64,000 nt of DNA from a virus. The translations under genes and the position numbers were made by a program. The notes beneath the pieces were generated by a model. The model saw only the letters and a list, made by a program, of their open reading frames with translations, was not told the DNA's origin and made no database searches. This document shows, in pieces, positions 44,593-53,323 of the stretch. The stretch lies in IMG/VR virus record IMGVR_UViG_3300044972_002389, positions 102,892 to 166,891 of that record; one strand, 5' to 3'. Every line of letters starts with the position of its first letter. Position 1 is the stretch's first letter.

Positions 44593-44872
44593 TACCTGCT
44601 GTATTTTTGAATTTCCTATGGGAGGTGTTACCAGCTGGGTAGTGCGGTTGCCCAACAGCACCAACGGCCACGAACCCCAAGTAGTCAATTGGCTAATTGA
44701 GAGATTTGGCATCGACGATCACGAATATTGGACAAAAATCTTCAACCAGAAGAGAGAGACGCCCAACAGCCTTTGGAAACGAGGCAGCATCTGCACCTAT
44801 GTGTATCAGGAATACTGGTTCACCAACAGAGATGATGCATTTGAGACCTATTTGGTGTTCTCAAAAATTTAA
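44576..44872 (+). CDS. possible degenerate LTW-family relative
   Basis: WFTNRDDAFETYLVFSKI resembles WFTNKDDLIWFGLVWES of 22548..22748. Confidence 0.35.
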   Translation: MPNDLNTCCIFEFPMGGVTSWVVRLPNSTNGHEPQVVNWLIERFGIDDHEYWTKIFNQKRETPNSLWKRGSICTYVYQEYWFTNRDDAFETYLVFSKI

Positions 44873-44887
44873 ATTGAAAGGAAAATT

Positions 44888-45544
44888 ATGTTAGATACTA
44901 TGGCAGATGTGATGCGCACAGCCTACGAGAGAGGTTGGATCACCACAAGAGACGGAAATGTAAGCATGCGACGAGCAGTACAAAACTGCATGTATATTAC
45001 ACCAACAGGAGTTCGCAAACAGGTTCTCACCAGCGAGAGCATGATCAAGCTGTATTTTCCTGAAGACCGGATGAGTTCAGATGCATGGAGCAGGATGACT
45101 CGTGCTGATGACCTTTACCAACAGCGAATCATTGGCTTGCGTCCCAGTGGTGAACTGCCCTTCCACTATTGGCTACAAGTTAACACGCCTACTTCAAATC
45201 GTGTTGTGTTGCATCTTCATCCCACTCACATTGTGGCTGCAATGTATGCTGGTATGGATCTACAACAGATTGTACGTGATTTTCCTGAGCTTGAGAACCA
45301 CACAACTGTAGGCCCAACTGTGGGCAAAGTACAAGCGCAAAGCACAGATCTTGGCTCAGCTGTTGCCCAAGCTTTTGATGTGCAACCTGATGGAGGCATC
45401 AATAGCCACATAATTGGGTTGCACATGCATGGCGTAGTAGCAGTGGATGTGGATCCTTGGTCAGCCTATGGTCACATCGAGAGATTGAACCATGTGTGTG
45501 AGATTGTGTTGGCTGCTGGAGGAATGCGTGACCAAACCCGTTGA
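44888..45544 (+). CDS. class II aldolase/adducin-fold protein (AraD/FucA/MtnB-like)
   Basis: AYERGWITTRDGNVSMRR...CMYITPTGV is the G-N-x-S-x-R...I-T-P-S/T-G motif. HLHPTHIVAAM and IGLHMHGVVAV are candidate metal-binding His clusters. Confidence 0.65.
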   Translation: MLDTMADVMRTAYERGWITTRDGNVSMRRAVQNCMYITPTGVRKQVLTSESMIKLYFPEDRMSSDAWSRMTRADDLYQQRIIGLRPSGELPFHYWLQVNTPTSNRVVLHLHPTHIVAAMYAGMDLQQIVRDFPELENHTTVGPTVGKVQAQSTDLGSAVAQAFDVQPDGGINSHIIGLHMHGVVAVDVDPWSAYGHIERLNHVCEIVLAAGGMRDQTR

Positions 45545-45824
45545 GCATGACCTCAACTCACTACCCCTTGGTCAAATCCACGAGGCCATGATTTGGTTTT
45601 ACGACACATATGATGTACGAGAAGCTGAGGCTGACAAGTCTACTGGCGTAATAAACGTTAAACTGCCTATTGACAACTTCTCTGAGGTGGCACTGACTTT
45701 GCACGAGCTGTGGCAGGAAACCTTCCTGCGCAGCCAGCACAGTGATCTCAAGGACGAGTATCAACGCTATGAAAGTTTGCGTCTGTTGATCAAAAGCTTG
45801 ACTGAAAAAACAATTCGCGTATAA
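45492..45824 (+). CDS. hypothetical protein (start uncertain, possibly 45588)
   Basis: ORF overlaps the aldolase gene by 53 nt. The first internal ATG lies downstream. Confidence 0.3.
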   Translation: MCVRLCWLLEECVTKPVEHDLNSLPLGQIHEAMIWFYDTYDVREAEADKSTGVINVKLPIDNFSEVALTLHELWQETFLRSQHSDLKDEYQRYESLRLLIKSLTEKTIRV

Positions 45825-45852
45825 CAAGACAACACTGCACTCAGGAAGCATC

Positions 45853-46953
45853 ATGTTTGAAAATGTAGATTTTGGCATTCGAGAAGATCATTTTGGCCAT
45901 GGGCTGTGTAGCCGGATGCGGTTGGAGTTTCTCAGCCAGCAAACCGGCGCGACAATGGTAGTGTGTCGAGCTGTGAAGCTGGAAATGCGCCGCAACATCG
46001 TAGACGTGTTCACTGGTATGGAAAGCCTCCTAAACAAGACTTTTCCTGAGGCAGAGGGCACTTGGCAGTTTGTGCAAGTAGATCCTGACTACTGGATGAT
46101 CCAGAATAGCAGTATGTTCATTATTGGTGAGCAGCGCAGTGCAAACAGCCGACGCAGTTGGGGGTATGATGAAGGCAGCGTTCGTGTGAACCGTGCCAGC
46201 ATCGAGGCATATGGAACTCCAGACCGGGTTAACCAGCTGCTGACTGCTGTGGAAGACACGTTCCAAGATCGCACTTTTACCAAAATCACGTGGTATTACA
46301 AGGATGGTTCTTCGGTGGACTATCGCAGCCTCTACGTTGATCAGGACAACCAGATTCAAAACAGCTTTTATCCTTGGTTCACACAAGGTGTTGATGCCTT
46401 CATTGAAGATTACCTGACTAGCACAGGCACAGTGCTACTCCTCTATGGGCCACCTGGAACTGGCAAAACCAGCTTTCTCAAGCATCTCATTTGTAGCCGG
46501 CGCATGAATGCGATCGTCAGCTACGATGAAGACATCCTGCGTGATGATCGCTTTTTCATTGACTTTTTGGCTGATGATGAGCACAACATCATGATCATCG
46601 AGGATGCTGACCTGCTGCTGAGCAATCGAGAAAGTGAACAGAACAAGATCATGAGCAAGTTCTTGAATGTCAGTGATGGCATTGTGAAGGTGGCCAGCAA
46701 GAAGATGGTGTTCACTACCAATATTAGCCAACTAAACAAGGTGGACCCAGCTTTGCTACGCAAGGGGCGTTGCTACAGTGCAGTGGAGTTCCGCAACATG
46801 AGTCCAAATGAGGCTGCCCTTGCTGCTGAGTCTGCTGGTGAACCCCAGCAAAACTGGAAAGGTAAGGAGCATTGGACACTAAGTGAAGTTTTCAATCGCG
46901 ATATTGCCACAGCAGAAGTTACGCCTACAATGGGATTTGGTTTCCGGGTTTGA
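45853..46953 (+). CDS. classic-clade AAA+ ATPase
   Basis: Walker A GPPGTGKTS, Walker B IMIIEDADLL, and second region of homology VFTTNISQLNKVDPALLRKGRC. Confidence 0.75.
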   Translation: MFENVDFGIREDHFGHGLCSRMRLEFLSQQTGATMVVCRAVKLEMRRNIVDVFTGMESLLNKTFPEAEGTWQFVQVDPDYWMIQNSSMFIIGEQRSANSRRSWGYDEGSVRVNRASIEAYGTPDRVNQLLTAVEDTFQDRTFTKITWYYKDGSSVDYRSLYVDQDNQIQNSFYPWFTQGVDAFIEDYLTSTGTVLLLYGPPGTGKTSFLKHLICSRRMNAIVSYDEDILRDDRFFIDFLADDEHNIMIIEDADLLLSNRESEQNKIMSKFLNVSDGIVKVASKKMVFTTNISQLNKVDPALLRKGRCYSAVEFRNMSPNEAALAAESAGEPQQNWKGKEHWTLSEVFNRDIATAEVTPTMGFGFRV

Positions 46954-46999
46954 AAATCATAGGAAATCTATAAATAAGGAACTATTACCAAGGCAGGCA

Positions 47000-47206
47000 A
47001 TGAAAACAATAGCAGTAATATTTCTTTCATATGTAGGCGCGTTGTGCGCCTTTGCTGCTAGTGGTTTTCTTGCCAGCTGGGCATATCAGTTAAATGGATG
47101 TATATGGACCTCAAGCGGTGTGTTTGGGGTCAGTTTTTTGGCTATTGTAACTGGATTTGCTGGTGTAATTACAAACTTGTTTGACTTCTCCGACTGGTTC
47201 CGTTGA
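47000..47206 (+). CDS. small membrane protein (about 68 aa)
   Basis: Internal Met of ORF 46883..47206. Two to three hydrophobic helices. Confidence 0.4.
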   Translation: MKTIAVIFLSYVGALCAFAASGFLASWAYQLNGCIWTSSGVFGVSFLAIVTGFAGVITNLFDFSDWFR

Positions 47207-47230
47207 CAGCCAAAAGTTTCATGCTATAGT
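47203..47230 (+). promoter_or_regulatory. sigma70-type promoter (consensus family)
   Basis: CGTTGACA-16-TGcTATAGT, 5 nt before ATG 47236. Confidence 0.5.
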
Positions 47231-47235
47231 TAAGC

Positions 47236-48468
47236 ATGAAAAAGTTATCCTTACATAGTATAGTAGTTTTGATTGGTCCCACTAAGAGTGGCAAAAGCAC
47301 ATGGGCCCAAAACCAGTTTGACGCTGATGAAATCATAAGCCTTTCTTCAATCAAGAAAGAGTTGACAGGCAACAATTCAACAGTGGATATTTTGCCAAAT
47401 ATTTGGCACGAACTCTATCGTAGAGTTGATATTCGTATCGCCAACGGGCAACGTGCAGTAGTTGATTCCACTAATCTAAAAGACAAGGACAGATTTACTT
47501 TTCTTGATATTGCCGAAAAGTATGGTGTGGAAGTCTATTACAAACCTTTTGACCTTGAATGGGGCACAATACAGCAAAACTCTGGTTCTTGTTATGACTT
47601 TGACTCTTTGAGAAAAAGCTATAGTATATGGAAAAATGCTCGCACACAGGTGTTACAGGGCGATAATAAACGAGCTGTTGTGCTGTGTGGTGACGAAACC
47701 ACTGTTGGATTTCCAAATGAATTGCAGAGTGCAAGGATTTTAGCAGTAGGCGATGTTCATGGCAATTTTCCAGCTATGCAGCAGGCAGTGCAAATGGCAC
47801 AACAGTTACACGCAAAGCTAGTGTGGCTGGGAGATATTGTGGACTATGGCGCCAATAATCTCAAATGTTTGAAACTTGCATATGACACTGTTCGAGACGG
47901 GCAAGCACTTATGATTTGGGGAAATCACGAAAGAAAAATTGATCGCTGGATTAGGAGCGACTTGGGTGAAACCTTTAATGGCAAACTTAGCGAGTCAAAT
48001 CTATCTACTATAAGAGAAATCAACAGTTTGAATGACTTGCGGAAAAAGAAGTTTCTTGCAGCTTGGACAGCACTAAGAAACTGGAGTTTTAACCACCTAA
48101 CAGTGGGAAAATTTTTGTTTACTCATGGTGCAGCAACACCTGCCATGTGGGCCAACAAGGATCGCAGATTGCAAGGTGTTTGTGCAAATATGGCCTATTT
48201 TGGTGAGGTAGACACTGTTTCACCGACCAAGAATGATGGATATCCAAACCGTATCTGGAATTGGGTTCAAAACATACCTGCTGATCATACTGTTGTTGTA
48301 GGGCATGATTGGCTTGATCGTGTCAGTTACAACGTTGTGGAAAAAGCAAATTCTTGTGGCGGCCGGGCATTTGTTACAGATTGTGGTAGCAGCAAAGGCG
48401 GTCGTTTGGGTGCACTTTTTGTTGATCAACATAGCAAAGAAGTTTTGCCTTACTATTTTGACACTTAA
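47236..48468 (+). CDS. pnk: polynucleotide kinase-phosphatase: T4 Pnk-like P-loop kinase domain fused to calcineurin-like metallophosphoesterase
   Basis: [20 protein letters not shown] vs T4 Pnk [58 protein letters not shown] vs T4 [36 protein letters not shown]. The C-terminal half has GDVHGN, GDIVDYG and GNHE, which are MPE/PPP phosphoesterase motifs rather than the T4 HAD phosphatase. Confidence 0.75.
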   Translation: [410 protein letters not shown]

Positions 48469-48496
48469 ATATCATAGCAGTTAAAAAAGGTGTGTT

Positions 48497-49078
48497 ATGA
48501 ATGCCACTCTGGTACTCAATGCTGATTACAGTCCTTTAGGTGTAGCTCCGTTGAGCACACTCAATTGGAAAGAAGCTATCAAGCTGATTTATCTTTCTCA
48601 AGTTAATGTAATAGAGCAGTATGACGATTGGTTTGTTCATAGCCCCAGCGTAACTATGCAAGTGCCCAGTGTTGTTGTTTCAAAAACCTATGTTAAGAGC
48701 AGTAGGACTGTGAAGTTCAATAAACAAAATTTGTGTATACGAGACAACTATACTTGTCAGTATTGTAATCAAATATTTGAGCTGAAAAGCCTTACTATTG
48801 AGCACGTTATTCCACGATGCTGTGGAGGCAAAACAACCTGGACTAACGTTTCAATGGCTTGTTCTAGATGCAACACCCGAAAAGGACATCGATTAGATAT
48901 ACATCCACAAATCTTACCTTACAGACCCAGTATTGGTGAAATTATAAGCAAAGTTAAAAGACAGCCAGTTGTTGTGCCCAACAGCAACTGGCTGCCTTAC
49001 ATTGGGTGGACACCCAGTTTGGTTTCAGTACGAGAGCCTTACAAAAATATTGACACGGTTGCATCAAAACACACATAG
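48497..49078 (+). CDS. HNH endonuclease
   Basis: CQYCNQ...LTIEHVIPRCCGGKTTWTNVSMACSRCNTRKGH. Confidence 0.7.
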   Translation: MNATLVLNADYSPLGVAPLSTLNWKEAIKLIYLSQVNVIEQYDDWFVHSPSVTMQVPSVVVSKTYVKSSRTVKFNKQNLCIRDNYTCQYCNQIFELKSLTIEHVIPRCCGGKTTWTNVSMACSRCNTRKGHRLDIHPQILPYRPSIGEIISKVKRQPVVVPNSNWLPYIGWTPSLVSVREPYKNIDTVASKHT

Positions 49079-49104
49079 TGATACACCCCTATAGGAGAAT
49101 ACCA

Positions 49105-49329
49105 ATGAGTGAAACAACAGAGGCAACAATGCCTCCCACATCTGCCTCTGGAGCAGCAGAAATAACCATTACTGATTTAAAAAATGTTTTAGTCCTTATT
49201 GATTTGTGCACCCAACGAGGTGCTTTTCGAGGACCTGAATTGAGTTCTGTTGCAGCTTTATACGACAAGATTCAAGGCTTTGTTGGTGTGGCTGAAGAAG
49301 GCAAAAACACTAAACCAACCGGCATTTAA
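49105..49329 (+). CDS. hypothetical protein (about 74 aa)
   Basis: AGGAGA RBS before an internal ATG of ORF 49078..49329. Confidence 0.4.
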   Translation: MSETTEATMPPTSASGAAEITITDLKNVLVLIDLCTQRGAFRGPELSSVAALYDKIQGFVGVAEEGKNTKPTGI

Positions 49330-49337
49330 GGAGCACA

Positions 49338-50054
49338 ATGATGTTTGACAATATGTACCGACACACAGGCCAGCTAAACAACACTGGCAAAAATGTAGTA
49401 GTTGTATTCATGCAACTGCCAGAAGATCCTGCACATGCATTAGTAATTGACACAGATGCATTGCCTGACATGTATAATGAGGCTCTCAGGAAGGTTGTCG
49501 AAAGCACTGAAGGACAGCAAGCCAAGAATCTTGCTGACGTTTTGGCCCGTCGTCCCAGCCCAGATGGCAGTTCCAGTAACATGCTAGCTAAGTTTCACCA
49601 AAGCAATAGACTGCAAAAAACACCTGTATCTAATGTCACAATGGTTCCTCGCCGCGGAGTTCGTTGGCCTCTCTCTGATGTAATTGCAGCAATGGCATCA
49701 CAGGAAACTGTTCCACAAGGCTTTAATGACCTAGACCCTGAAACAAAGGCTATGGTGGCTGCCGATCTCAGGAAGTTCAATGTTCATGCTGTGAACTCAG
49801 AAAATGACAACACCGGGCAGATAAAAGCACAGGCTGCCAATCTCTTGGAAATGGCACGCATGTTGGAAACAGATGCACATAGCAAAAGAGAACAAGCATA
49901 CCGGATTGATCCCAGTCTTAGGCCCGCAAAACGTAATCAACCAGCCGCAACAGCAGCACCTGTGGAGATAGCAGCACCTGTGGAGATAGCAGCTGACCCT
50001 CTTCCGGTTGTGCCTACTCTTAAGAAACCAAGTAAGGCTAAGCGAGCTGCCTAA
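49338..50054 (+). CDS. hypothetical protein (238 aa)
   Basis: AAGGAG RBS. C-terminal PVEIAA x2 mini-repeat. Confidence 0.5.
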   Translation: MMFDNMYRHTGQLNNTGKNVVVVFMQLPEDPAHALVIDTDALPDMYNEALRKVVESTEGQQAKNLADVLARRPSPDGSSSNMLAKFHQSNRLQKTPVSNVTMVPRRGVRWPLSDVIAAMASQETVPQGFNDLDPETKAMVAADLRKFNVHAVNSENDNTGQIKAQAANLLEMARMLETDAHSKREQAYRIDPSLRPAKRNQPAATAAPVEIAAPVEIAADPLPVVPTLKKPSKAKRAA

Positions 50055-50115
50055 GTAAAAATCTCAAGAGCTGGACAAACTGATAAATAAAGGAACTCCA
50101 GTTCTTGAGGTAGCT

Positions 50116-50481
50116 ATGGCAAAGAAGAAAACAACTGAAGACTTGGAATGGGAGTCTATATTCAACAGTATCTCTTTTAATACTGAACCTCCCGCCAAAT
50201 ATATAAAAGATGCTGTAGTACGCACGAGATACGGAAAGCGCATCAAATTATCAGGCAAAGAATTTGTTTCTGTAATGGAACAAGAGCGTATGATGGATCC
50301 TGAAGATGCGCTTATTGAAAGCTGCAAGGTAACCTTGGACTTTGATCGACTCAAGCAAGATATCTCACGTTTTGCCAACAGTGTGCTCAAGAAGGCCAGC
50401 AGTCGTTACAAAAAAAGTCGTGCACAAACAAGTCAAGCAGCTAAGTTACGCAAACTCTTATCTCAGCAGAAACAAAGTTAA
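50116..50481 (+). CDS. hypothetical Lys-rich protein (121 aa)
   Basis: ORF only. Confidence 0.45.
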   Translation: MAKKKTTEDLEWESIFNSISFNTEPPAKYIKDAVVRTRYGKRIKLSGKEFVSVMEQERMMDPEDALIESCKVTLDFDRLKQDISRFANSVLKKASSRYKKSRAQTSQAAKLRKLLSQQKQS

Positions 50482-50558
50482 TTTTATTTCCCAGCTGTTC
50501 AACTTGATTTAACCCAGTATCCTAGGACAAAATAGCAGTATAGGTATTGGAGATTGAG

Positions 50559-51491
50559 ATGACAACTTGGGAACAGGTGGCTGACGACAGCAGATACACA
50601 AAGGTACTTGACAAGGGCTTTGTGGGCTTGATTGACCACATGGGCAGTGATCAAGCCATTGTGCAAGCTGCTCGAGTCAGCTATGGCGAGGGCACAAAAT
50701 CTGTAAATGAGGATCGCGGTTTGATCCGCTATCTCATGAGGCACATGCACTCGACTCCATTTGAGATGGTGGAATTCAAGTTTCATCTCAAAATGCCAAT
50801 CTTTGTAATGCGTCAACATGTGCGACACCGAATGGCCTCAATCAACGAATACAGTGGTCGTTATAGTGTTATGACGGATGAGTTTTATATTCCTGAACCA
50901 ACTCGAATTCAAGCGCAAAGCAGTGACAACAAACAGGGCAGTGCCGGACAACTTGCAAAGCAAGAACTGGAAATAGCACTCAACACAATCCAGCGAGTAA
51001 GTGCTGAAAACTATCTAGACTATCTCAGCCTCATAAATGACCCCAATGGACGAGACTATAAATTTGGTGAGCGTCAGGGCCTGGCACGCGAGCTGGCACG
51101 TATGGTGCTGCCAGTAAACAACTACACTGAATTGTATTGGAAAATTGACCTCAAAAACCTGTTTCACTATCTCAATCTCAGAATTGATTCTCACGCGCAA
51201 TATGAGATCCAACAGTTGGCCTTACCTATTGCAGAGCATGTGAAACGCATTTGTCCAATTGCATGGGAAGCGTTTGAAGACTATTGGCAGCAAGCCACAA
51301 CTGTGAGTAGGCTTGAAAAAAACCTATTGCAGGAGCTTATCAACTTCAGTAACGTACAGAGCGTGAGTTTTGCAGACAGTTATGAGACTATGATCCAAAC
51401 CGCAGGTAGCAAATCACAACTGCAAACACAGTTTGGAATGAGCAAACGTGAGTTGGCAGAATTTGAGAAGCAGTGGAAGCTGGCCCTTTAG
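50559..51491 (+). CDS. thyX: flavin-dependent thymidylate synthase
   Basis: RHRMASINEYSGRY is the ThyX R-H-R-x7-S-x-R signature. LIDHMGSDQAIVQAARVSYG. GGAG RBS before ATG 50559; the ORF-track start at 50547 is upstream. Confidence 0.85.
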   Translation: MTTWEQVADDSRYTKVLDKGFVGLIDHMGSDQAIVQAARVSYGEGTKSVNEDRGLIRYLMRHMHSTPFEMVEFKFHLKMPIFVMRQHVRHRMASINEYSGRYSVMTDEFYIPEPTRIQAQSSDNKQGSAGQLAKQELEIALNTIQRVSAENYLDYLSLINDPNGRDYKFGERQGLARELARMVLPVNNYTELYWKIDLKNLFHYLNLRIDSHAQYEIQQLALPIAEHVKRICPIAWEAFEDYWQQATTVSRLEKNLLQELINFSNVQSVSFADSYETMIQTAGSKSQLQTQFGMSKRELAEFEKQWKLAL

Positions 51492-53299
51492 GCCAGCTTC
51501 GCTTCTAGGGCTGCAAGTTTTTGACTTAGTTCTTGCACTGCTGCCCATAATATAGGTACTAACTTGCTGTTGTCTACTGACTGATAGACTGGATGGCCGT
51601 TTTCATCAACTTCATCTTTCTGGCCCTTAACAGCTTGTGGTACCACAGCTTGAAGTTCATGAGCTAAGAAGCCACTAGACCTTTCAGTCCGCATTGAGTC
51701 AACCCAGTTATAGGTTTTGGCATGAACTTTGCCTACTAAATCCAGGGCTTGGCTTAACGGAGCAATGTTTGTTTTGCGTCGATAATCAGATAGGCTGTTG
51801 TAATAGGTGCCGGCATCATCGAAAAGTATACTTCCTGACTCATATGCGTTTAGGATTGATGTTGTATTGATTTTGAATGATATACCTTTTTGGACCGCAG
51901 GTGTTATTGGATAACTGCCCCAAAGATTTATCATAGTATTTGGCTGAGGGTTGAAGGGCTGACTTACGGTTGACCTGATGTTGATACCATCGGTGTTGGC
52001 TTGATTCATATTGATAGTAAGAAATGAATCATTGAACGCTGGGGAGGCAGTGGCATTTGCTGCAATTGTTACGTCACCCAACCTCAAACCACGGTTTACA
52101 AACCGGGCAGTCTCAACACCAGATATGAAACAGCTTAGCTGATTTGACGCCACTTGGCCTAGTCCTGTTTGTAAATCACCTTTGAAAACATATTTCATAG
52201 GGCCATCAGATTCAGAAGGGGAGCCAGCACAGAATTTGTGAGAAAACACTGTCCACAATTTTGTGTTCAAGCTACCAAGGTCAAATACGGCATCCACAGT
52301 AGGAATATTTGTAGCATCTTTCCGCATGAAAATTGTGGGACTGACGGGAGGCGTCCCAAGGGTATCAGCATTTAAGGCGCTTGTGGCTTTGCCATCAAAA
52401 TTTGTGGCGTAGATAGTATTGTATTTGAAGCTGGTACTACCAAGGTTGTATAAGTTGTCATTTATTGGTAGATTTGTTTGGTCGCGACGCATGTAGCTTC
52501 CTGATGGTATGCCACCAAGGAAAACGCTGTTTTGGGCCAACAAAGTGCTTGTGCTTTCGCCATAAAATTTGGCATTGGGCAATGTGGGATTTAAGGTTAT
52601 TCCTGGATAGACACTTGTGAACCCTTGTAATGGATTGGTTGGTGTTGCTGCTGGAGCGAAAGTTGCATCATTACTTACTACTGCAACCAGTTGTCCACCT
52701 ACAGTCAATCTCAATACCTTATGGATTGCATTTAAGGTGTCTGTTACCAACAGTGCATCAACATTTGTATAGACTGGTATGCTGGGACTATTTGCATCGT
52801 TGCCGTCAGCGGCACCCAGCGGACCAACTAAGTTCCACTGTGATGAACCATACACAAAAAGTTGTTTTTTAGTTTGATCATACAACAGCTCTCCGTCAAC
52901 AGGATTTACAGGGCCAGGAGGAGAGGGAGGGCCTGGAGGAGTAGGACCAGGTGGTGTGGGTGGAGGTATGTTGGGTGTAGTTTGTACCGGGGCTGCACTT
53001 TTCCAGGCAGTGCCGTCATATACTTTCAATTGAGCGTTGGCAACGTCATACCATAATTGACCAACTCTTGGATTACTGGGCCCAGATAATGGTGCCCCAG
53101 CAAAGTTTTCCAACATCCATACTAAGTTTTCAACAACAGGCTCACCGTAATTGGGATAATTACGCCCAGGCAACCGCAACGAAGTTGCGGTTGTGTTGAT
53201 TGTCTTGTCAGGAATGGATGCAATCGGAGTTCCGCTGTAACTGTTGATCACATATGTCATATTGCTTGCCTCAGAGTATTTCTGATATTTATGCAGCAA
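51488..53299 (-). CDS. tail fibre protein with Pro-rich linker and C-terminal intramolecular chaperone domain
   Basis: PPPTPPGPTPPGPPSPPGP linker. C-terminus SDYRRKTNIAPLSQALDLVGKV...LWAAVQELSQKLAALEAKLA parallels the chaperone domain of the 2647..9783 fibre. Confidence 0.7.
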   Translation of the reverse strand: MLHKYQKYSEASNMTYVINSYSGTPIASIPDKTINTTATSLRLPGRNYPNYGEPVVENLVWMLENFAGAPLSGPSNPRVGQLWYDVANAQLKVYDGTAWKSAAPVQTTPNIPPPTPPGPTPPGPPSPPGPVNPVDGELLYDQTKKQLFVYGSSQWNLVGPLGAADGNDANSPSIPVYTNVDALLVTDTLNAIHKVLRLTVGGQLVAVVSNDATFAPAATPTNPLQGFTSVYPGITLNPTLPNAKFYGESTSTLLAQNSVFLGGIPSGSYMRRDQTNLPINDNLYNLGSTSFKYNTIYATNFDGKATSALNADTLGTPPVSPTIFMRKDATNIPTVDAVFDLGSLNTKLWTVFSHKFCAGSPSESDGPMKYVFKGDLQTGLGQVASNQLSCFISGVETARFVNRGLRLGDVTIAANATASPAFNDSFLTINMNQANTDGINIRSTVSQPFNPQPNTMINLWGSYPITPAVQKGISFKINTTSILNAYESGSILFDDAGTYYNSLSDYRRKTNIAPLSQALDLVGKVHAKTYNWVDSMRTERSSGFLAHELQAVVPQAVKGQKDEVDENGHPVYQSVDNSKLVPILWAAVQELSQKLAALEAKLA

Positions 53300-53323
53300 A
53301 TGACCTTGCTAGCCACAAAAAGC

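Noticed and set aside
50500-50558. Promoter for thyX (TTGATT ... TATAGG)
   Set aside because: Spacing between the candidate -35 and -10 is far outside 16-18 nt. thyX is likely transcribed from upstream.
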